Assembly: GCA_951406725.2 (NCBI GenBank)
Contig: OX597831.1
Location: forward strand, 31,186,001 to 31,250,000
DNA length: 64,000 bases
Source: Octopus vulgaris
Lineage: Eukaryota
Reading direction: 5' to 3'
The notes under the pieces: model-generated
What the model was told of the DNA's origin: nothing
Seen by the model: the letters and a program-made list of their open reading frames with translations, nothing else
The model's database searches: none
Shown: positions 56,271-64,000 of the stretch, in pieces
Layout: every line of letters starts with the position of its first letter
Numbering within the stretch: the first letter of the stretch is position 1
Program-made: the position numbers and the translations under genes

Positions 56271-58324
56271 TATTCTAACGATTATTATTTCGTTCAATAG
56301 AATAAATAGAATGTGGAAATTGATATTTATGATATTGCTTTAATCTCGGCTTGAGAAGCATTGTTCTAAAGTTGATGGTTAAAAACCACTAATATTTTTG
56401 CTTCTGCTTTATATATAAGAAATAAACGACAAGACGCAGGAGAAATGTTGCAAGACTTTATTGTGTATTAGTCTTCATGTTATTACTCTTTTCTTCGTTG
56501 GATGCGGAATTAATTTTAATGCGGATATAAACCGTCGTAAACCGTGACATATAACATCCCCATTTATTCGAGTGTAATATAATCATATAAACTTTATCTT
56601 ATGTATTAGGAATTTGACGTCTTCCAGCACGAACAGGCAGTTTAGGTTTCTACATTCAAATACATCAGAGATGTAAATACCCATTTATCCTTAATTGCTG
56701 TCAATAACATAGGTACTAGCTGTATGTTGATATCATTTTATCTACATCACTACAACATTGACTCTAAATTTCTGCGTAGCCAAAAGAAATCGTCATAACG
56801 TATAACTTTTGTATGATGTACAATACCTAAGATGTATTGTTGCCGTCGTTCTTGTGTATTTTTACTATTTAGTCAAAGAGGGAAGGGCAGCGTCCGAAAC
56901 CTTATATTGTCTTAGGGTTGATAAGACTGATCGGCGAAAGGGATTTTCAAATCAGAAACGTGGTCCAAATATTTGCAATAGAGTAAACTCTGCTAAAACC
57001 ACCAATGGACCAGGTGGTGGTGGTAAATAAGGCGACGAAATATGTCTACTATCGGGAATTTAAAAAGCAAAGAGCCGGGACAACTGGTACAAAGCTATGA
57101 CAATTCCGCTAATCGTTCACTCTGATCAACCCCGAAAGAATGAAAGGTAAAATTGATCTCGACGGCTTTTGAACTAAGTGCGCATATATCCGAGACAAAT
57201 ATCTCCTACACACTAACCACTCTTCCAATTCTCAGCTATTATAGATACGTCGGCTTTTGCCTAGCACTCTCATAGCATTCAATGTAAACTGCTAAACAGC
57301 TAGACACGATCCACAGTTCTAGTTTTCCAGTTAAACAAAGTGTACCACTTAACTAAGGAACATGCTGCATTATCTAGCATATAGTGATGAATCGTGTTGA
57401 GCATAGCAGTATAACTGTCACAAAATATTTCAGTCTCTAAACACTGTTTCTGTATTTGTTATTATTGCTTATCTAAATGTCAAATTTGATAGGATAGACT
57501 TACGATCAAAGGTATTCTAGCCATGACCATCATGTCTTTCGGATGGAATATCAAGGACAAAAAATACAGTATCCTATTTTCTAAGGCGGTGGAGTGTGAT
57601 TTGGGGTATATTTTGGCATCTGTTTCTAGTAAGTCAAATGGATGTAGAGGCGTCCACATTGGATAGTGTGTGCATCTTTCTTGTTGTTTAACCCCAGAGT
57701 GGTACTGATTGAACAGTGCTACGATAAAAGACATTCCAATAATCACAATCCTTTCTTCTCATTTTTCAAGTTTCATATAACTAATGCTACAATGTGGTAT
57801 TTTAAGACTGTATGGTATGATTGAAAAGAAACTTTGTTGCTATTTCTAGCAAGTCAAGCAACCTCGCCGAGGCTCTCTTGTAGCAACAGTGTAGCTCCCT
57901 TGTAGCAGTAACAAACTGAGCCTTTTTTTCTCATGCCTAGATCTTTCAATTTTAGTGTATTAGTTTTGTTATGACGGTGAGCTATCCGTGTGGTCTGTGT
58001 ACAGCCTTTTAGAATGGGTCCATGCACTGTTATGTACAATTTGTATTTTATCATGGTTTGTCTTCCGGCTCGTTACGTTCTGAGTTCAAATCTTTTAAAG
58101 GTCAGCTTTGCTTTTCATTCTTTCACGACAGACGCAAAACAGAACCAGTCAAGTACTGGGGTTGATGTAATCGACCTGTCTCCTCGGCAAAGCTTGCAAC
58201 ATCCTTTATGGGTCTAATGCATTGTTTACACACCATTATTGTTTCATTCTGTTCGACAATCTAGATATCTGTGAACGTACTTTGTAGGTTTGCATGTAAT
58301 TTTTCTTTCTTCACTATATCTTTT

Positions 58325-58361
<37 letters not shown>

Positions 58362-58578
58362 TTAAAGTGTGTGTATGTGTGTGTGTGAGAGAGAGTGTGT
58401 GTCTGTGTGTGTGAGTGTATGTGTATATGTGTTTGTGTGTGAATAATGATAGCCTCATGAGTGTTATGTAGTTAGTTTTGTAGCTAAAGTTTGTAACCTG
58501 GTGGAACAGCTGATTAAATTGGTGATGATATTCTATTATACTATATATACGTACATACACACACACACACACATAGTT

Positions 58579-58838
58579 TAATGAACTCAGTATATAATTT
58601 TTTATTAGCTATAACAGTTTCATACAATGTAAACGACAGAGACAGCATATTATAACACGTCTGATGCCTTTATACAATCTTTAAGCTGTGCTCACACGGC
58701 ATACACAAGCTAAAACATGCCATGTGAGCACAGCCTGAAGATTAATAAGGGCACCAGACATGTTATAAAATGCTGTCTGTGTCGTTTTCATTGCAGGAAA
58801 CTGTTAGTAGCTTATAAAAATATATACTGTGTTCATTA
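58579..58838. repeat. Inverted repeat (~122-bp arms, 14-nt spacer)
   Basis: 58579-58702 versus 58717-58838. Confidence 0.9.
58732..58812 (+). ncRNA. Type I hammerhead ribozyme with long stem II
   Basis: AGC CTGAAGA [stem II including CAGACA/TGTCTG] GAAA CTGTTAG TA GCT; GUA triplet. Confidence 0.65.
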
Positions 58839-59246
58839 GGCAATATTTATCTTTCCCACCAGATGAAGTACTTTTTCGTTGATCTTACTTTCACGGAACA
58901 GTGTCGTAAAGCTTCCTCTGCTGCGATAAGATCAAACTGACCTGATATGAGCGTAGCTACAAATATTAAATGGTGGTTGTAAAAAATGTTTTTTCAACTA
59001 TTGCTGCGTAAATTTTGTGTTCGATGATGAGATCTTTCAGTCCCATAAAGGTATTTCATGTCCTTCAATGCATTTGTATTTTTAATTTGTGTGTGTATGT
59101 CTGTGTCTGTGTGTATATGTGAGTGTGTATATGTGTGAGTGTGTTTGTGTGTATGTATGTGTGATATACATTTTATTTACATTTCTGATAGATTTTTAGT
59201 GCATGTTTTTCTCCCGTGTGATGCTGGAAATGGAAATAATAACGAT

Positions 59247-59377
59247 AGGCGCAGAAGTGGCTGTGTAGTAAGAAGCTTGCTTCCCGACCACATAGTAAAG
59301 GGTTCAGTCCCACAACGTGACACCTTGGGCGAGTGTCTTCTTGTGAGTTGATGTGGTAGACGGAAACTGAAAGCCCG

Positions 59378-59467
<90 letters not shown>

Positions 59468-59665
59468 CTTTGTGTCTGTGTTTTTCACCCACCACCGCTT
59501 GACAACCGGTGCTGGTGTGTTAACGTAACCGTTACATAGTGGTTTGTCAAAAGGCACCGATAGATCAAGTAACCGGCTTTAAAAGAGCACTGGGTCGATT
59601 CATTCGACTTAAAAATTTTTTCTTCAAGGCAGTGCCCCAGCATGACCGCAGTCAAACAAACAAAA
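59247..59665 (+). mobile_element. Family A SINE with internal (TG)n
   Basis: Head AGGCGCAGAAGTGGCTGTGTAGTAAG; tail CAGCATGACCGCAGTC. Confidence 0.85.
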
Positions 59666-59752
59666 AAAATAATAAGGTACTCCGTGTACTTATCACTTAT
59701 GTTACTTTTGCTATAGCTAGTGTTACTTCTATCGTTTCTTTAAGGTATATTA

Positions 59753-60314
59753 TTGAGTTGTCCGGAAAGTTCGTGCCGATTTTTAAAGGAAAGAAAAAGG
59801 TCAATAAATACTTGCCTTTACATTTTTAATCAACCAAATATGAACCATTTCGTTGCACAATGTGTCCCCATCTTTCCTTTAACTTGAAAATACCCTCTTC
59901 CCAGAATTGAGCTGGTTTCATGGCAAATAATTCATCAAGGTATCTTTTTACGTCATCCAAGAAATTGAAATTTTTACCATTAAGACTATTCTGCAGAGAC
60001 CTGAATAAGGGGAAATCCGAAGGAGCAATATCTGGTGGATATGGAGGGTGGGGTAACACATCCCAGCCGAGCTGCAGCAATTTTTGTCTGGTTCCCAAAG
60101 CATCAAATGCCGAATATGAACTTTTTTTATCTTCTATTTTAAAGGGTTACAGAATTAACACATGTTATAGGAACATAAACCTTCTTCCACGAAAAGATAG
60201 CTTAAACTGTGCTCTAAGGTGTAGTCAATTCCTATTTTATGGACTCAACCATGTTCTAAAATAAGTCGAAAGGTAAGCTACTATAAATCGGCACGAACTT
60301 TCCGGACAATCCAA
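59753..60314 (-). mobile_element. Internally deleted mariner with intact ~30-bp TIRs and TA TSD
   Basis: TIRs TTGAGTTGTCCGGAAAGTTCGTGCCGATTT and AAATCGGCACGAACTTTCCGGACAATCCAA. ORF 59826-60098 contains WDVLPHPPYPPDIAPSDFPLFRSL. Confidence 0.92.
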
Positions 60315-60892
60315 TATAATGTAAATCTCACTAAGTATTTGCGAAAATACATTTTTAGAGGGTTTGCAATATTTCTCTTGCAGTATAAATTTGGCTTTTG
60401 TGGATATCTATTAACCTTCATACATGATGAAAACATAATTATTTGCAGCGAATGTAAACATTAAAACGATATTAAGCCATAATAATCTTTATTTGCTTTC
60501 TTTTTAAAATCTAATTTCTGATTATCTTATTCCGTGTATTCATCTATTTTTAAGAAAATAGAGAGAGAAGAGGTAGATTTTAAAAGGATATATCACTGTC
60601 AGTTTAAACAGGCTGTGCAAACACTTGGAGACTCTTCGGTGATTGGATATATAATATTGCTAAGTGATGGCTAATATACTTTATGCTTAATATCTAAAAA
60701 CTACGTAATATAATTCGGTCTTTCTTTTTTAAGACATTAGGGTATGGATTGAGAAAGATCTGGCTACTGTTTCGTGTTGGCCGAGCATCTATATTAAAAG
60801 GTTTCTCATTTACAACGCACACAAACTCTAAAACATACACAGACGCACACACACTTACGTGTGTGTATTTGTGTGCATATATTTATATTTAG

Positions 60893-60960
<68 letters not shown>

Positions 60961-61259
60961 ATATATATATTCTTTTTAGATTTAACCGGTGAGAAATAAG
61001 AAAGAGAACCAGAATAAGCTTTGAGCGTAGAAAAGTTATCGTAAAGGGCTACTAGATGTTTGAAAATGCAGTCAAAGCAAAGACAGTTTAGAAAGGAGTT
61101 TCAAATAGATCCACTAATGTGACTTAAATTGAATTAAAGATAAATTTGATGCTGATGGAAATGTTCAGCGTGCCCATAAGAAACGTTCCAGAAGACTTAG
61201 TTTCCATTACATTTCAGACAGCTGTAGCGCTGAGTTGCTAAAGCAGAAATATCGCCATA

Positions 61260-61425
61260 TAAAATATTCTGCTTAATACCATAGATCTGCTTATCACTTG
61301 CTTGACCTTAACCACTTGAGCATGTCCTTTAGTGGCTGAAGATATGTGCATTTCTGATCATGAGCAGACGTAGTGGGGGAGTATCAAAGCCATGTGTTGA
61401 GAGGGATTTGGAGGATTTGAATAAA
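61260..61425 (+). mobile_element. Internal fragment of the TAA-tailed repeat
   Basis: Reverse complement of ~8440-8605 (TTGACCTTAACCACTTGAGCATGTCC..AGTGGCT). Confidence 0.75.
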
Positions 61426-61479
61426 TATCGCTATAACATCTAAGTTTGCAGGAAATATTAGCCATTTCTCATGCTTTCT

Positions 61480-61990
61480 AGGGATAATCAAATAGGAAAT
61501 AACAGATTCTACTCAATTTTACATCGTTTAATCTGCTGTGCCAAGCATTCAAGAGGACTTTGAAGATTTAGAATTTATTTCCTGCAAACTGGAGTACTCC
61601 CACACTACCATAGTAATGTAAGGGCCTAACTTCATGTGATTTTGCCAAACAGATGTTTTGGACGATCTTCATCCAACCCACTTGCTTCATCGGACATACA
61701 CAACGAGACATTTTTACACGGATATTTAAAAGACAGTTTACTACATAAATCCGGCACATCTTGACGAAGTGAGTGGCCATTGAAAAAAGGATGTTTCTTG
61801 ATTTTTACGATTCCTTTGCTTTATGTTATCAGAAGTTCCTGGGTCAGAATTGTCACCAGATTTAAAACAGGTGTTCATAAAAAAATAAATTCTGTCTGTA
61901 GATTTTATCAAATTTTGAAAATGAAATCGCTTTTTTGAACACTGACCTTATGATTATTCAATGTGCGCATATACTCTTGAGAAACTCTGT
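61480..61990 (+). mobile_element. Decayed Tc1/mariner-superfamily transposase 3' part
   Basis: FLQTGVLPHYHSNVRA..LPNRCFGR..GYLKD resembles the FQQDGAPPH..PNRWIGR..GYLKD pattern. Confidence 0.6.
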
Positions 61991-62006
61991 GTATGAGTAT
62001 AAATAC

Positions 62007-62071
<65 letters not shown>

Positions 62072-62155
62072 CAAAAATACATACATACATGCATCCTTGC
62101 AAGCATACATACATACATATACATATGTATGTGTGTATGTATGTGTGTGTATGTA

Positions 62156-62235
<80 letters not shown>

Positions 62236-62269
62236 CATATAAATATATATATATATATATATGTATGTA

Positions 62270-62337
<68 letters not shown>

Positions 62338-62474
62338 ATACATTTCAGTATGATGCGTTTTGTATATTGATGTACAGCGTGATATATTGTGTTATTATGT
62401 GCATTAATATATGATATTATCCACTCTTCTCTCTCACTATGCTCTCCTTTCTCTTTTACTTCCCTCTCACCTTC

Positions 62475-62507
<33 letters not shown>

Positions 62508-63005
62508 TCTCTCTCTCGTTTTCTGAAATTATATTACTTTAGCATTACATTTTATATGTAGGAAGCTAGGCGCCAATGAACTCCAGTTGAAACAAGAGAA
62601 GAGATATGTTAGATACTCCCTAGGTACATCTTGACATAATAAATGGAGATTTTTTTAAAGAGAGAAAGGATAGTTATCTTTTTATTATATTTACATTATA
62701 AAAAAATCATAGTTTTTAAAAAATTTTTCATCTTATTTTGTTGTGAAAGGGTGGAGGGTAAATCATGTTTTACTTCAGCAGAAAATTTCTGTCTAATACG
62801 AGAGGACTCGTAATAAAATCCATTTCAAGAACATAAAATATTTACGCTTTTACTGTTTCAATGTGTTTTTCCCCACAAATTACAATAGCCACTACAAGTC
62901 CACTTGCCATATTTTTATAATATCTGAACAGCTCATTAATCAGTTAAAAATTGATTAGATTTCGTTGTTGTTGGCAACAGTGGAATAATAATAATAATAA
63001 TAATA

Positions 63006-63082
<77 letters not shown>

Positions 63083-63088
63083 CATTAT

Positions 63089-63610
63089 TATTATTATTTC
63101 ATTTATTGGCTACCAGGGCCGACATATAGGGGACAATACAGTAGTAGACAGTGGGGATTTTACACAAAACAACGAGTACACAATTAAAACAATAATAATA
63201 ATATCAAGCAATAAGAATACAACAATGAAAATTCCCCAATAGGGGTGTAACCACCTGGGGTTGGATCAGGTATCCCACTAATCCTGAACCACTCGCCGCT
63301 TCGAGGACATCCGGGAAGGGCACCCTTCTCCCTCTCAAATTCACTAGCCTACAGGCGCATTATTTGAGTAGATCCACTCACACGGGCCTTTTTTTGCTAC
63401 GTCCACCCACCTTTTAGCAAATTTACTAGTGGGGGCAGCACTTCTCTCTGTACCCTCATCTTCCTTTCCAAGAGAAATTTGAAAAAGTTGATGAGACATT
63501 GGCCGAAGAGAGAAATGTCTGTCTTCACTACTTTCAACCTGCCCCATCATACAGCCTCTTTTGCTACTGCCATCAAACAGAGTAAAATTGCCTGTCCTTC
63601 CTGGCCAAAG
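63089..63610 (-). mobile_element. 3' fragment of a Tx1/L1-like LINE
   Basis: AILLCLMAVAKEAV*W..FFKFLLERKMRVQRE..FAKRWV C-terminal pattern; T-rich UTR; AATAAA then (TAA)n. Confidence 0.6.
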
Positions 63611-64000
63611 GATTGTTTGTGAGATTGTTTCGTTTCTCCTTTCACACATCTTACAAAGGAGCGATTCGCTTCGCTTATCTAATTAAAACTTGGTGTAATT
63701 AGTTCTCAGAGCTTGTTCTTTTGCGCTGCATATCAATGCTTCAGTGCATCCTGTCAGGTCACTTTTTCTTAACCATCTCCATCTGTTGATCTTGTCTTTT
63801 CCTTCGATTTCTCTGAAGTATTGCCCATGCAGTAGTTTCATTCTCCAGCTGTTTACTCTTTCATCTTCATCTTGCTTCTTAAATTTTTGTGGGTGTATCA
63901 CATTTTCAGTTGGTATTTATATTGTTAATTCTAACAGCGGCAAGCAATGATTCATTCTGCTGTTTGATGTACCATCCCAGCCTGTTCCTCCCGTTGACAA
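63611..64000 (-). mobile_element. Decayed R4/Dong-like fragment
   Basis: WRMKLLHGQY..WRWLRKSDL..TEALICSAKEQALRTN..CKMCERRNETIS. Confidence 0.8.

Overview
AT-rich, microsatellite-dense animal genomic DNA with no supportable host protein-coding gene. The SINE repertoire resembles that of octopus (coleoid cephalopod), but this is an inference from recalled repeat sequences. Contents: (1) a ~10 kb co-oriented pile-up of R4/Dong-clade, restriction-like-endonuclease (RLE) non-LTR retrotransposons in (TAA)n microsatellites. It includes one near-intact copy whose ~1229-codon RT-CCHC-RLE frame is broken by a single in-frame TGA, and a non-coding TAA-tailed element present twice. (2) Many tRNA-derived SINEs. 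(3) Decayed RTE, CR1-like, Tx1-like and mariner/Tc1 fragments, plus Merlin-like and Sola-like MITEs and a ~70-bp satellite. (4) The most interesting signal: many sequence-diverse type I hammerhead-ribozyme (HHR) motifs, found by eye. All four long inverted repeats I found (30.9, 36.6, 40.2, 58.6 kb) are head-to-head pairs of HHR-bearing units. One HHR sits in a ~500-bp terminally redundant retrozyme-like unit in (TA)n. One lies downstream of a tRNA-type Pol III promoter. Coordinates of decayed elements are approximate; nothing was database-searched or computationally folded.
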